From the NCBI GenBank assembly GCA_038231275.1, contig JBBRLQ010000006.1:288806-352805 (forward strand): a DNA stretch of 64,000 nt. The letters are read 5' to 3'. The notes under the pieces are model-generated. The model had not been told where the DNA came from. It worked only from the letters and a program-made list of their open reading frames with translations, and ran no database searches. Source of the DNA: Polyangiales bacterium (GTDB taxonomy: Bacteria; Myxococcota_A; Polyangia; Polyangiales; Polyangiaceae). Every line of letters starts with the position of its first letter. Position 1 is the first letter of the stretch. This document shows positions 26,944-36,640 of the stretch, piece after piece. The position numbers and the translations under genes were made by a program.

Positions 26944-28131
26944 GTGCCCACTCTCTTCAAAAGCGCTGCGTGGATCGCCGGGATTGCGGCGCTCGTGAGC
27001 TGCGGCGCGCGGACGGGCCTGGACCTCCCGTCGGACGGCACGTCGCTCGGCCCCGACAGCGGACCGCTCGCGGATGGAGGCGACGCGGCGGCCGACGCCG
27101 ATGCGGACGCGCCTGTCGCGTGCACGCCCGGCACGGTGAACCTGACGAAGGCGACGCCCGCGGTGATGTTCTTGCTCGATCGCTCGGGGTCGATGGGCAA
27201 CGTGCTCGGAACGACCGGCGGGCGCACGCGGTGGGAGATCCTGACGAGCGCGCTCGCGTCGACGTTGCCCCCCGTGGACACGACAATGGGCATCGGCGCG
27301 CTCCTCTTCCCCGCCGCGGGCAACTCGCAGTCGTGCAGCTCGCCCGGCGCGCCGGATCTGACGCCGACGACGGGCCACGTGAGCCAGCTCCTCGCCTTGA
27401 TGCGCGGGAATCTTCCGAACGGAGGCACTCCCACCGCCGACGCGATCGACGTCTCGGCGAAGTTCCTCCTCGGCGTGCGCGCGGCCGAAGGGGCGCGCGC
27501 GATGATCCTCGCCACCGACGGCGAGCCGAACTGCAACACGGCGCTCAACCCGAACACCTGCACGTGCGTGGAATCGGTGCGCGGCTGCCAGGGGCGCGCG
27601 CAGCAGTGCCTCGACGACACGCGCACGGTCGCGCGCCTCGGGACGTACGCGTCGCAGGGCTTGCCGACGTACGTCATCGGCCTGCAGGACAACGGCAACG
27701 CGCGCTTCAGCAGCGTGCTCGACGCGATGGCGACCGCCGGCGGACGCCCGCAAGTGGGCGGCGCGCACCAGTACTACTCAGCGAACTCGGAGGCCGAGCT
27801 CGACACCGCGCTCGTCACCATCCGCGATCAGGTCGGCGCGTGCACGTTCCTCACGAGCTCGGTGCCGGACATCCGCGGCACGATCGTCGTAACGCTGAAC
27901 GGCGCGACGATCCCGTTCGACCCGAGCCGGACGAACGGCTGGGCGTGGACCAACCAGAGCAACGGCGAGATGGCGTTCTACGGGGCCGCGTGCACGGCCG
28001 CCGTCGCTGCCGGAACGCGCACGCTCGACGCGATCATCACGTGCAGTGACGGCGGCGTCGAGGCAGGCTCGGACGCCGGCCGCGACGCGACCCTCCGCGA
28101 CGGCGCCGCCCCCGACGCGCGCGCCGACTGA
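26944..28131 (+). CDS. vWA-domain Cys-rich lipoprotein
   Basis: Lipobox LVSC; MIDAS motif DRSGS, GGTPT, LATDGEP. Confidence 0.85.
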   Translation: MPTLFKSAAWIAGIAALVSCGARTGLDLPSDGTSLGPDSGPLADGGDAAADADADAPVACTPGTVNLTKATPAVMFLLDRSGSMGNVLGTTGGRTRWEILTSALASTLPPVDTTMGIGALLFPAAGNSQSCSSPGAPDLTPTTGHVSQLLALMRGNLPNGGTPTADAIDVSAKFLLGVRAAEGARAMILATDGEPNCNTALNPNTCTCVESVRGCQGRAQQCLDDTRTVARLGTYASQGLPTYVIGLQDNGNARFSSVLDAMATAGGRPQVGGAHQYYSANSEAELDTALVTIRDQVGACTFLTSSVPDIRGTIVVTLNGATIPFDPSRTNGWAWTNQSNGEMAFYGAACTAAVAAGTRTLDAIITCSDGGVEAGSDAGRDATLRDGAAPDARAD

Positions 28132-28185
28132 CGCGCGCGCAAAAGTTGTATTACAAATTGGTATTACAAGTTTCAGCGTCCGCCG

Positions 28186-29790
28186 TCAGGACCAGCCGCG
28201 CGCGCTCTTCGCGGGGACCTTGCTCATCGCGAGCTCACTCATCGCGGTGATCGTGAGGCTGGGGTTCACGCCGAGGTTGGCGGGGATGACCGAGCCGTCG
28301 ACCACGTAGAAATCGTCGTAGCCGAACACCTTGCTCTGCGGGTCGACCACGCCGTCGTCGGCGCTCTCTCCGATGGGGCAGCCGCCGAGGACGTGCGCGG
28401 TGGCGGCGCGGCCGGTGAGCACCTCGATGAGGCCGCTCTCGGCGACGCCGTTCATCTCGCTGGCGAGCTTCTTGGCGATCTCGTTGGCGATGGGGATGTA
28501 GACCGGCACCTTCGGCCCGTCGCCGCGGTCGCTGTCGAGCTTCTTCGAGAACGGCCAGTACCAGGGGCGCCGCATCACGTAGCGCATGTGGTTGTCGACC
28601 GGCTGCATCACGAGCAGGATCGCGGTGCGCTTGGCCCAGCCGAACGGGATCGTGACGCGCGCGAAGTCGATCGGGTGCCGGATCGCGTTGCCCATCCACC
28701 GGAGCCATCGCGGCACGCCGGGGCCGTCGTCGGTGAGGATGGTCGCGAGCATCGCCATCGAGTCGCTTCCCTCGGGGTAGCGGACGATCTCGATGTGCGT
28801 CTTGTCGTCGACGTACGCGCCGCTCGTGATGGCGATGCCCTTGGAGAAGTCGACGTCGTCGCGGCGCGAGCGCACGGCCAGGAGCGCCTCGCTGTTGGTG
28901 CGGAGGTAGTTCCCGAGCTGCGGCGACAGGCGCGGGAGCGAGCCGTTCTCGCGGCACCGCATGAGCAGCTGCACGGTGCCGTACGAGCCTGCCGAGATGA
29001 CGATGCCGCGCGCGCGCAACGTACGCCGCGTCCGGAAAAACCCCGTCGATTTCTCGATCGTGAGCGCGTAGCCGCCGCCGTCCGCCGCGGGGAGCGCGAC
29101 GATGTCGACGACGCGCGACTCCGGCTCGACCACCGCGCCGTTTTTCTCTGCAAAGTACAAGTAATTCTTGTCGAGCGTGTTCTTGGCGCCGACACGGCAC
29201 CCGACCATGCAGCCGCCGCACATCGTGCAGCCGGTGCGGTCGGGTCCCGCGCCGTCGAAGAACGGATCCTTCACCGTCGTTCCCGCGTCGCCGAAGTACA
29301 CGCCGACGGTGTGCTTGTGGAAAGTGTCGCCGCGGCCCATGTCGTCGGCGATCTTCTTGAGGAGGCGATCGGTCTCGACGAGGACCTGACTCTCCACCGC
29401 GCCGAGCATCTTCTTGGCGGTCGCGTAGTGCGGCGCGAGCGCGGCCTTCCAGTCGAAGCCGACCCAGCGTGCATCCGCGAACGCCGCGGCGGGCGGCTCG
29501 AGCAGCGTGTTGGCGTAGACGAGGCTCCCGCCGCCGACGCCCGCGCCATGGAGGAAGAACGCGTCCTTCACCATCGTCATCTGCAAGATGCCGTACATGC
29601 CGAGCGACGGACGCCAGAAGTACCTCGGCAGATCCCACGTCGACTTCGCGAAGTCCTCCGTGTTCCAGCGCTTGCCCATCTCGAGCACGCGCACGGAGTA
29701 GCCCTTCTCCGTGAGGCGCATCGCCGAGACGCTTCCCCCGAAGCCCGACCCGACGATCGCGAAGTCACAGTCGAAGGCCGCGGTCCCCAT
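28186..29790 (-). CDS. GMC oxidoreductase, cholesterol oxidase (ChoD)-like
   Basis: VGSGFGGSV, GAGVGGGSLVYAN, CGGCMVGC..GAKNTL, TAHVLGGC, NLGVNPSLTI. Confidence 0.88.
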   Translation of the reverse strand: MGTAAFDCDFAIVGSGFGGSVSAMRLTEKGYSVRVLEMGKRWNTEDFAKSTWDLPRYFWRPSLGMYGILQMTMVKDAFFLHGAGVGGGSLVYANTLLEPPAAAFADARWVGFDWKAALAPHYATAKKMLGAVESQVLVETDRLLKKIADDMGRGDTFHKHTVGVYFGDAGTTVKDPFFDGAGPDRTGCTMCGGCMVGCRVGAKNTLDKNYLYFAEKNGAVVEPESRVVDIVALPAADGGGYALTIEKSTGFFRTRRTLRARGIVISAGSYGTVQLLMRCRENGSLPRLSPQLGNYLRTNSEALLAVRSRRDDVDFSKGIAITSGAYVDDKTHIEIVRYPEGSDSMAMLATILTDDGPGVPRWLRWMGNAIRHPIDFARVTIPFGWAKRTAILLVMQPVDNHMRYVMRRPWYWPFSKKLDSDRGDGPKVPVYIPIANEIAKKLASEMNGVAESGLIEVLTGRAATAHVLGGCPIGESADDGVVDPQSKVFGYDDFYVVDGSVIPANLGVNPSLTITAMSELAMSKVPAKSARGWS

Positions 29791-29836
29791 GATGGCGGCA
29801 GTCTACCACTCGGTCGCGGACTCAGTAGACTGGCGG

Positions 29837-29910
29837 TAGCCCCTGCTGGATTCGAACCAGCGACCTTGTCCTTAGAAGGGACCTGCTCTATCCAGCTGAG
29901 CTAAGGGGCC
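29837..29910 (-). tRNA. tRNA-Arg (TCT); CCA not encoded
   Basis: Reverse complement GGCCCCTTAGCTCAGCTGGATAGAGCAGGTCCCTTCTAAGGACAAGGTCGCTGGTTCGAATCCAGCAGGGGCTA. Confidence 0.95.
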
Positions 29911-29991
29911 GTCGTGGGGTCGCTTTCATAACACTGCGGGGACGGCCGGCAATAGAGCGAACGCACGTTTGCTCGGAACGGGGGAGTTGGG

Positions 29992-31875
29992 GTGTCTACG
30001 AGCGCGCCGCTGAACGTCGCGGATCTCTTCGATCGTCTCGAAGAGTCGGTGACGATCTACGATCGCGAGGCGCGGCTCCTCTACATGAACGCGGCCGCGG
30101 TGCGGCCGTTCGGGCGGCCGGTCGCCGAGCTCCTGGGGAAGCGGCCGTGGGAGCTGGTGCCCGCGCCTCGCGACGGCAAGAAGACGCCCTTTCGTGAAGC
30201 GCTCGAGGCCGTGCTCGCGGACGGAACGCGCCGGACGGCGACCACGTTCGTCGAGGGCATCGGGCGATGGTACGAGGTCGAAGTCTACCCCCATCCTCAG
30301 GGCGCGTTCGCGACGGCGCGCAACGTGACGGAGGCGCGCCGCGCGCACGACGAGCTCCAGCGGAGTGAGGCGCGCTTCCGCGCCATGGTCGAGTTTGCCC
30401 CGGAGGCGATCGTCATCCTCGACAACTCCACCGGCTTGTTCTGCGACGCGAACCCGGAGGCCGAGCGGCTCTTCGGGAAGACGCGCGAGCAGCTCATGAA
30501 GATCGGTCCCGCGGACCTGATGCTCCGCGCGAGCGCCGAGACCGCGGCGGAGCGCCAGCGCGCGCGCGAGACCCTCATGCGCGGTGAGATCTCCCACTCC
30601 GAGTGGCAGGCGATCGGTGCGCGCGGAGAGGTCCTGACGATCGAGGTCACCGGACGGCGGCTGCCCGGTACCGATCCCGTTCTCATTCGCGCGAGCGTCG
30701 TCGACGTGACGGCGCGCAGGCGCGCGCAGGAGCAGCTGGCGGACGTGCAACGGCTCGAGGCGATCGCGCGGCTCGCCGGCGGCGTCGCGCACGACTTCAA
30801 CAACATGCTGTCGATCATCCTCGGCTGCACGCAGCTCGCCCTGAGCGCCCTCCCGCCGGACCATCCGGTGACGATGGATCTAGAGAGCGTGATGAGCGCG
30901 GCGGAGCGGTCGGCGTTGATCACGCGGCAGCTCCTCGCCTTCGGCCGCAAGCAGGTCGCCTCGCCGCGAGTGCTCGACTTGACCGCGTACATCGAGCAGG
31001 TGCAGTCGGTGCTGCGGCGCCTCGTCGGGGAGGACGTCGAGCTCGCGCTGGATCTCGCGCGTCCGCTCGGCGGCGCGCTGGTGGACCCGGCGCACGTCGA
31101 GCAGATCCTCATCAACTTGGTGGCGAATGCGCGCGATGCGATGCCCAAAGGCGGCCGCATCACCCTCCACACCGCGAACGTCTTCCTCGACGGCGAGTAC
31201 GAGCGCCTCCACAACGGCGTGCCGCCGGGCAAGTATGTCCTCCTCAGCGTCGCCGACACCGGCGAGGGCATCCCGGAGGCGGTGAAGCCGCACATCTTCG
31301 AGCCGTTCTTCACGACCAAGGCGCTCGATCGCGGCACCGGGCTCGGCCTCGCGACCGTGCACGGCATCGTGAAGCACAACGGCGGGCACATCTGGGTCTA
31401 CAGCGAGCCGGGCCTCGGCTCGACGTTCAAAGTGTACCTGCCGCTCGTGGAAGGCGACGCCAGCGTCGCCACGCCGCCCGCGGAGGACGTGACGAAGCGC
31501 GCCGGCGGCACCGAGACCATCCTGATCGTGGAGGACGAGGACGGCGTTCGGGCACTTCTCCGACGTGCTCTCCGACGTGCAGGATACACGCTCCTCGAGG
31601 CGAGCAACGCGGGGGAGGCGCTCCTCTTGTGCGAGCAGCACGTCGGGCGCATCCACTTGATGCTCTCGGACGTGGTCATGCCGCGCATGACCGGGCCGCA
31701 GCTGGTCGCGCGGTTGCGGCCGCTTCGCACCGACATGCGCATCATCTTCATCTCCGGCTACAGCGAAGAGCGGCTCGACGGACCAGAGCACGCGGCCACG
31801 CACGACGGTTTCCTCGCCAAGCCCGTCGCCGTAGAGGCGCTCCTGCGCTGCGTCCGCGAGGTGCTCGATCGCTGA
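29992..31875 (+). CDS. Hybrid PAS-PAS histidine kinase/receiver
   Basis: Two PAS domains; H-box [33 protein letters not shown]; receiver VEDE..DVVMP..KP. Confidence 0.93.
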   Translation: MSTSAPLNVADLFDRLEESVTIYDREARLLYMNAAAVRPFGRPVAELLGKRPWELVPAPRDGKKTPFREALEAVLADGTRRTATTFVEGIGRWYEVEVYPHPQGAFATARNVTEARRAHDELQRSEARFRAMVEFAPEAIVILDNSTGLFCDANPEAERLFGKTREQLMKIGPADLMLRASAETAAERQRARETLMRGEISHSEWQAIGARGEVLTIEVTGRRLPGTDPVLIRASVVDVTARRRAQEQLADVQRLEAIARLAGGVAHDFNNMLSIILGCTQLALSALPPDHPVTMDLESVMSAAERSALITRQLLAFGRKQVASPRVLDLTAYIEQVQSVLRRLVGEDVELALDLARPLGGALVDPAHVEQILINLVANARDAMPKGGRITLHTANVFLDGEYERLHNGVPPGKYVLLSVADTGEGIPEAVKPHIFEPFFTTKALDRGTGLGLATVHGIVKHNGGHIWVYSEPGLGSTFKVYLPLVEGDASVATPPAEDVTKRAGGTETILIVEDEDGVRALLRRALRRAGYTLLEASNAGEALLLCEQHVGRIHLMLSDVVMPRMTGPQLVARLRPLRTDMRIIFISGYSEERLDGPEHAATHDGFLAKPVAVEALLRCVREVLDR

Positions 31876-31923
31876 ACGGCGCGCTCGATTCGCGCGCGGA
31901 GTTCGGGCATCCTCGCCCGCGTC

Positions 31924-34104
31924 ATGCCCACGATCCCGGGCCCGCGCGGCCCCATCGCCTTCGAGCGCGACTCCCTCGGTTACCCGCGCATTCGCGCGCG
32001 CGACGTCGACGACGGCGCGTTCGCGCGCGGCTATTTTCACGCGCTCGACCGGTGCGTGCAGCTCCAGCTCACGCTGGTGGCGGCGCGGGGGCGGCTCATG
32101 TCCGTGCTCGGGGATCAGCCTCTCGCGCGTCGCGTGGATCGCGCCGTGCGCGCGTTCGATTTCACGCGAGACCTCGCGAGCGCCGAGGCAAAGCTCACGC
32201 CGCGCACGCGCGCGTTCCTCCAGGCGTACTGCGACGGCGTGAACGGGGGGACCGAGGCGCGCGGGTGGCCGATCGTGCTGCGCGTGCTCGGCGTGAAGCG
32301 CGAGCCGTTCACGATCGGCTCGATCATGCTCGCGTACCGGCTCGTTGCTTTCTTCGGGCTCACGTCGATGGTGCAGACCGCGGAGCTCATCGTCGCCGAG
32401 CTCGCGACGAGCGGCGCGCCGGCGACCGCGTTCGAGCTGCTCCTCGGTGACGCCGCCGCCGGCTTCGATCCCGCGTCGCTCGCCGGGCTGCGGCTCTCCA
32501 AGGACGTCGCGCTCCTCGAGCTCCCGAACACCGCCGGCTCGAATGCGTTCGCGGTCTCCGGCGCACGCTCCACGACGGGCGGCGCGCTCCTGATGGGCGA
32601 GTTTCACATGGAAACGGCTCGTTTTCCGCCCATTTTGTACGCGTCGCACGTCGACTACGAGGACGGCGACTACTTGCAAGGAATGGGCGTGCCGGGCTTC
32701 GCGTGGATCTCGGCGGGGCGCACCAAGAGGGTCGCGTGGTCGTACACCTTCGCGCACGGCGACAACGTAGACGTCCTCGTCGAGCGCTGCGAGAAGGAGC
32801 GTTACCTCGCGGCCGGCGAGTGGAAGCCGTTCGAGCGACGCGAAGAGCGCGTGCCGGTGCGCGGCAAGCGCGAGGAGACGTGGACGTTCCACGAGAACCC
32901 GTACGGCACGCTCCTCGGCGACGCGCGCGAGGCAGGCCTTCACCCGTGCGTGCGCTGGAGCGGACTGCGGGAGATCGCGCGCGATCTGGAGGCGTGCCGC
33001 GCGTGCATGGACGCGACGAACGTGAAGGACCTCGCCGCGCTCCAGCGCGAATACCGCGTGATCTCGCTCGAGGCGATCTTGGCCGACGACGCCGGCGACG
33101 TCGCGCGCGTGACGACCGGGCAAGTCGACGTCCGACCCGAGGGGTGGACCGGCGCGTACCCTCGAAAAGGCTGGGACTTGGCCTCGCGTGCTCCGGCGGT
33201 TCTCGGCGAAGAGACGCGCCCCATTGGCCTCGGCCTGCCGGTCGTCGTCTCCGCGAACCAGCGCATGGACGGTCCGGCGGGCGAGGTGTGGTGCACGCTC
33301 CCCGAGCCGCGCTACCGCCACGAACGTCTCACGCACCTGCTCCACGATCCCGGCGCCTTCGATCTGCGGCGGCTCGCGCGCGCGTCGTACGACGAGCACG
33401 ACGGCTGTGCGGCGCGACTCGTCCCCATCTGGAGCAAGCACCTCCCCGACGATGTCGACGCGATCGGCCTGCGGCGATGGGCGAGCCTGCAAGGCGATCG
33501 CCTCGACGACGCAGGCCGACGGCACATGGGTCTCTTTCACGCGCTCCACGCGGAGGTGGTCCGCATACTGCTGGAGGCGCGGTTCGGCGAGCGCGCGGCG
33601 TCGCGGATCGTGTTCGGCCTCTCGGCGGCCCTCTTCTTCCAGCATCACCTCGACGACGCGCTCGCGCTCGAGAAGCCGCACGTCGTCGGCGCGGAGGAGC
33701 TCGCAGCCGCCGTCGCCCGTGCGTGGCCGCTCGCGAAGCAGCGCATCGCGCGAGGCCACGACGTGCCGGTGCGCACCAAGTTCCGCAACATGCTGCTGCA
33801 GGGAAAGCTCCCGGTCGCGTTCGGCTTCGACTCGGCGCCGGTGCTCCTGCCGGGCGGACCGGTTGCGCCGTTCCAGACGCGCATCATCGAGTTCGAAGGG
33901 GAGAAGATCGTCGGCGGCCCCGCATTCCACCTCGCGATCGACATGAGCAAGCCCGGCGCTTGGTACCACGTGCCGGGCGGCGCGGCCGAGAAGCGCTACG
34001 GCCCGGGCTATGGCGCGGGCGTCGACGAGTGGCTGCGCGGCATATTTCTGCCCCTCGGCGACGCGACCGGCGAGGCCCCCGATGTCCGCAGGCCCATCGG
34101 GTAA
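31924..34104 (+). CDS. Penicillin acylase family (Ntn hydrolase, peptidase S45)
   Basis: RDSLGYPRI, GYFHALDR, GSNAFAVSG nucleophile Ser, VSANQ. Confidence 0.85.
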   Translation: MPTIPGPRGPIAFERDSLGYPRIRARDVDDGAFARGYFHALDRCVQLQLTLVAARGRLMSVLGDQPLARRVDRAVRAFDFTRDLASAEAKLTPRTRAFLQAYCDGVNGGTEARGWPIVLRVLGVKREPFTIGSIMLAYRLVAFFGLTSMVQTAELIVAELATSGAPATAFELLLGDAAAGFDPASLAGLRLSKDVALLELPNTAGSNAFAVSGARSTTGGALLMGEFHMETARFPPILYASHVDYEDGDYLQGMGVPGFAWISAGRTKRVAWSYTFAHGDNVDVLVERCEKERYLAAGEWKPFERREERVPVRGKREETWTFHENPYGTLLGDAREAGLHPCVRWSGLREIARDLEACRACMDATNVKDLAALQREYRVISLEAILADDAGDVARVTTGQVDVRPEGWTGAYPRKGWDLASRAPAVLGEETRPIGLGLPVVVSANQRMDGPAGEVWCTLPEPRYRHERLTHLLHDPGAFDLRRLARASYDEHDGCAARLVPIWSKHLPDDVDAIGLRRWASLQGDRLDDAGRRHMGLFHALHAEVVRILLEARFGERAASRIVFGLSAALFFQHHLDDALALEKPHVVGAEELAAAVARAWPLAKQRIARGHDVPVRTKFRNMLLQGKLPVAFGFDSAPVLLPGGPVAPFQTRIIEFEGEKIVGGPAFHLAIDMSKPGAWYHVPGGAAEKRYGPGYGAGVDEWLRGIFLPLGDATGEAPDVRRPIG

Positions 34105-34136
34105 AATTTCGCGAACCAGGGTAGGCTCCCCTTCCC

Positions 34137-35018
34137 GTGCGCGGCCAAAACGCCCTGAAGAACGAAGCCGTCGCGCGCGCCCTCGACAAGGCCATCGCCG
34201 GCGATCCCCGCCCCCTCTACTCGGAGCTCGCGCGCCTCTCCGGCCTCCCGGGCCCGCGCGCGAACATGGGCGTGCTCGACGCGTTCGCCGGCGAATGCGC
34301 GCTCCGCGGCGAGCGCGTCGACGGCGTCCTGATCGCGCTCGCGAAGCTCGACGCCGATCACGCGCCGGGCGCGACGCCCCTCGAATTCTTACCGATGTGC
34401 GGCGTCGCCGGCATCGGCACCCGCGCCGCCCTCGATGCGAGCGCGCGCACCCAGCTCCTCTCCGTCCTCCACGAGAGCGCCGAAGACTTTCGTTTCCGCG
34501 TCCGCGATCTCGTTCCCTCCGCGCTCGCCCGCGTCGGCGCTGCCACCGGAGACGCGCTCGTCCCCAGTATGGTCGAGTGGACGAACGGCTTCTTCCACGC
34601 CGCCGCCGTCCTCCGCGCGCTCGCCTCCCCCGAGTGGAGCGTCAAGCTCACCAAGGTCGAGCCCGTCATCGCGCGCCTCGACGAAGCATTCTCCCTCGCC
34701 GACGGCGCCAACCGCGCCACCCAACGCTACCCGGGCTGGAAGGCCCTCGTCGACGCCCTCGAAATCGCCCCGGGCAAGCTCGCCGGCCGCTTCGGCGTCG
34801 CCATCTTCGACATGCTCGTCCGCTGGTCGACCGTCAAAGAGCCCATCCTCCGCAACGTCATCGAAAAAAACCTCCACGACCCACGCCTGGTCGGCCGCCA
34901 CAACCCCGACATCGACCGCGTCCGTGCCGCGCTCACCGCCAGCCTCCCCCCCGTCCGCAACCCGGACCACTACGTCGGCCCCACCCGAGGCCGCGGCCGC
35001 AAACGCGGCGCCCGCTAA
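34137..35018 (+). CDS. Hypothetical alpha-helical (HEAT-like) protein with basic C-terminus
   Basis: SGLPGPRAN, AEDFRFRVRD; tail PTRGRGRKRGAR. Confidence 0.7.
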   Translation: MRGQNALKNEAVARALDKAIAGDPRPLYSELARLSGLPGPRANMGVLDAFAGECALRGERVDGVLIALAKLDADHAPGATPLEFLPMCGVAGIGTRAALDASARTQLLSVLHESAEDFRFRVRDLVPSALARVGAATGDALVPSMVEWTNGFFHAAAVLRALASPEWSVKLTKVEPVIARLDEAFSLADGANRATQRYPGWKALVDALEIAPGKLAGRFGVAIFDMLVRWSTVKEPILRNVIEKNLHDPRLVGRHNPDIDRVRAALTASLPPVRNPDHYVGPTRGRGRKRGAR

Positions 35019-35025
35019 GCGCGCC

Positions 35026-36552
35026 CTAGCGACTCGGCCGCAACGAAGGCGGGACCCCGTCCTCGCGCATGCTTTTCGGCGGCGCCAGCGACGCGGGCGG
35101 CACGCTCACGCGTTCCGCGAGCTTGCTCGCCTCGTCCACGATCTTGGTCGCCGCCGCGGCGCGCGCCGTCTTCTGTTGCAGTGTCGCGTGATCCACGACC
35201 GCGTGCCCCTCGAGCAAATCGAGGTAGTCGAGATCCAACGCGCCCCCGCTCGGCAAGATGAACACCCCGAACAGGTGCGCCTGCCGCCGCACCTCCTGCA
35301 CCAGCGGCCGCGGCACGTGCAGCGCCGCGTGCGTGATCAAGTGGATGACCGGGTCACGTTGATCGCGCGCCCGCAACAGCGCGATCTCCGTCGCGAGCTG
35401 CGCGAACACGCGCGCCGGATTTCGGCCCCGCTCTCCCTTGAAGCCGAGCAGGTACGCCGCCGGCAGCTGCCCCGGCCGCGCGCGCTGCACGTCGTACAGA
35501 CGTGAATCGAAGAAGCGCATCCACACCTCTTCGCCCGCGAGCTGAAGCTTCTTGCCGAGCGCGATCGCCAACCCGCGCGCGAAGACCTGCCGATCGCCGC
35601 GCATCGACGCCGACGCGTCGATCAAGATGTAGTGAAGCCGCCGCGCCTCGTCCGGCGCTTGCTCGCGCGTGTAATAGAGAATCTCGCTCTCCACCATGCG
35701 CCGCGCGAACTCGTCGTCGTCCCACGCGAGCTCGGTCAGCACCATCGAGTCGAGCGAACCCTTGTTTCCGAGCCCCGCGTACCCGTGCACCGCGTGCGTG
35801 CCCGCCGCTTTTTGACGGCGCGTCTCGAGCACGCTCGGGAGGAGCTCGAGCGAAAAATTCACGATGTCGTTGGCGGCGGGGCTCGAGATCGCCGCGAGCA
35901 AATCGACGTGCGCGAGCGCGCTGGCGGCCGTCGACTCGGGGCCGAGCATTCCGAGCAGGCGCAAGGTGTCGAGATCGAGCGCGTCGGCGAGCGTCAGCAC
36001 GTGAAGGCGAGCGCGCGCCAGCGCTTCCAGCATCGCCGACTCGAACGTGCGCGAGGTCGCCGCGAAGAGCTGCGCGAGCTGCGGCTCGATATCGCGCACC
36101 ATCTCGGGATCGAACGGGATCGACGCCGTATACGTAGGCTTCTGCCCCGCGCGCTGCACGAGCGAGCCGAGGACGCGCGCGAGGACGACCACCACGAGAT
36201 CGTCGGAGAGGCGCATCGATCGTGCACGCGCGCTTGCCTCACTCTGGGAGATCTCCGCGATGACGCTGCGGTACGTCGAGATGAGCTCGGGCGCGCGGGG
36301 AATCCGCGCGAGGATCGCGTCGGCGCCTGGCCGCGCGCCGATGTCGAGCTGCTCCTTCGGCGCGGCGTACAGGAGCCCCACGTCGTGCACGAGAAACAGA
36401 GGCAAATGCAGCCCCAATCGCGCCAAATCGCGGTACCAACGGAGCGATCGCACGACCATCATCGGCGACGCCGCGCGCACGCCGGACAAGAGAAGCCCGC
36501 CGAGCGGGCCCACGACCGCGGGGTCTTTTCCGAGCTGCGCCGAGACGGGCAT
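35026..36552 (-). CDS. VWA-domain protein (ViaA/CoxE-like MoxR partner type)
   Basis: GSLDSMVLTELA, LYY, ILIDASASMRG, RFFDS. Confidence 0.75.
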   Translation of the reverse strand: MPVSAQLGKDPAVVGPLGGLLLSGVRAASPMMVVRSLRWYRDLARLGLHLPLFLVHDVGLLYAAPKEQLDIGARPGADAILARIPRAPELISTYRSVIAEISQSEASARARSMRLSDDLVVVVLARVLGSLVQRAGQKPTYTASIPFDPEMVRDIEPQLAQLFAATSRTFESAMLEALARARLHVLTLADALDLDTLRLLGMLGPESTAASALAHVDLLAAISSPAANDIVNFSLELLPSVLETRRQKAAGTHAVHGYAGLGNKGSLDSMVLTELAWDDDEFARRMVESEILYYTREQAPDEARRLHYILIDASASMRGDRQVFARGLAIALGKKLQLAGEEVWMRFFDSRLYDVQRARPGQLPAAYLLGFKGERGRNPARVFAQLATEIALLRARDQRDPVIHLITHAALHVPRPLVQEVRRQAHLFGVFILPSGGALDLDYLDLLEGHAVVDHATLQQKTARAAAATKIVDEASKLAERVSVPPASLAPPKSMREDGVPPSLRPSR

Positions 36553-36640
36553 CGCCGCCGAAGCGTATCACGCCGCGCGCTACAGCCGTTTCACCCGCAC
36601 GTCGCCGTTCGTCGTGTGGAGCGAGACGGGCGCGAAAATT

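Noticed and set aside
12030-29910. tRNA-Pro and tRNA-Arg as possible island integration sites
   Set aside because: No integrase and no duplicated tRNA 3' end seen; the intervening genes look native
30880-33969. 1029-aa minus-strand ORF, and similar long antisense ORFs (e.g. 47625-50135, 24682-26838, 36047-38197)
   Set aside because: Shadow ORFs of high-GC coding DNA; they are Arg/Ala-rich, lack motifs and overlap well-supported genes
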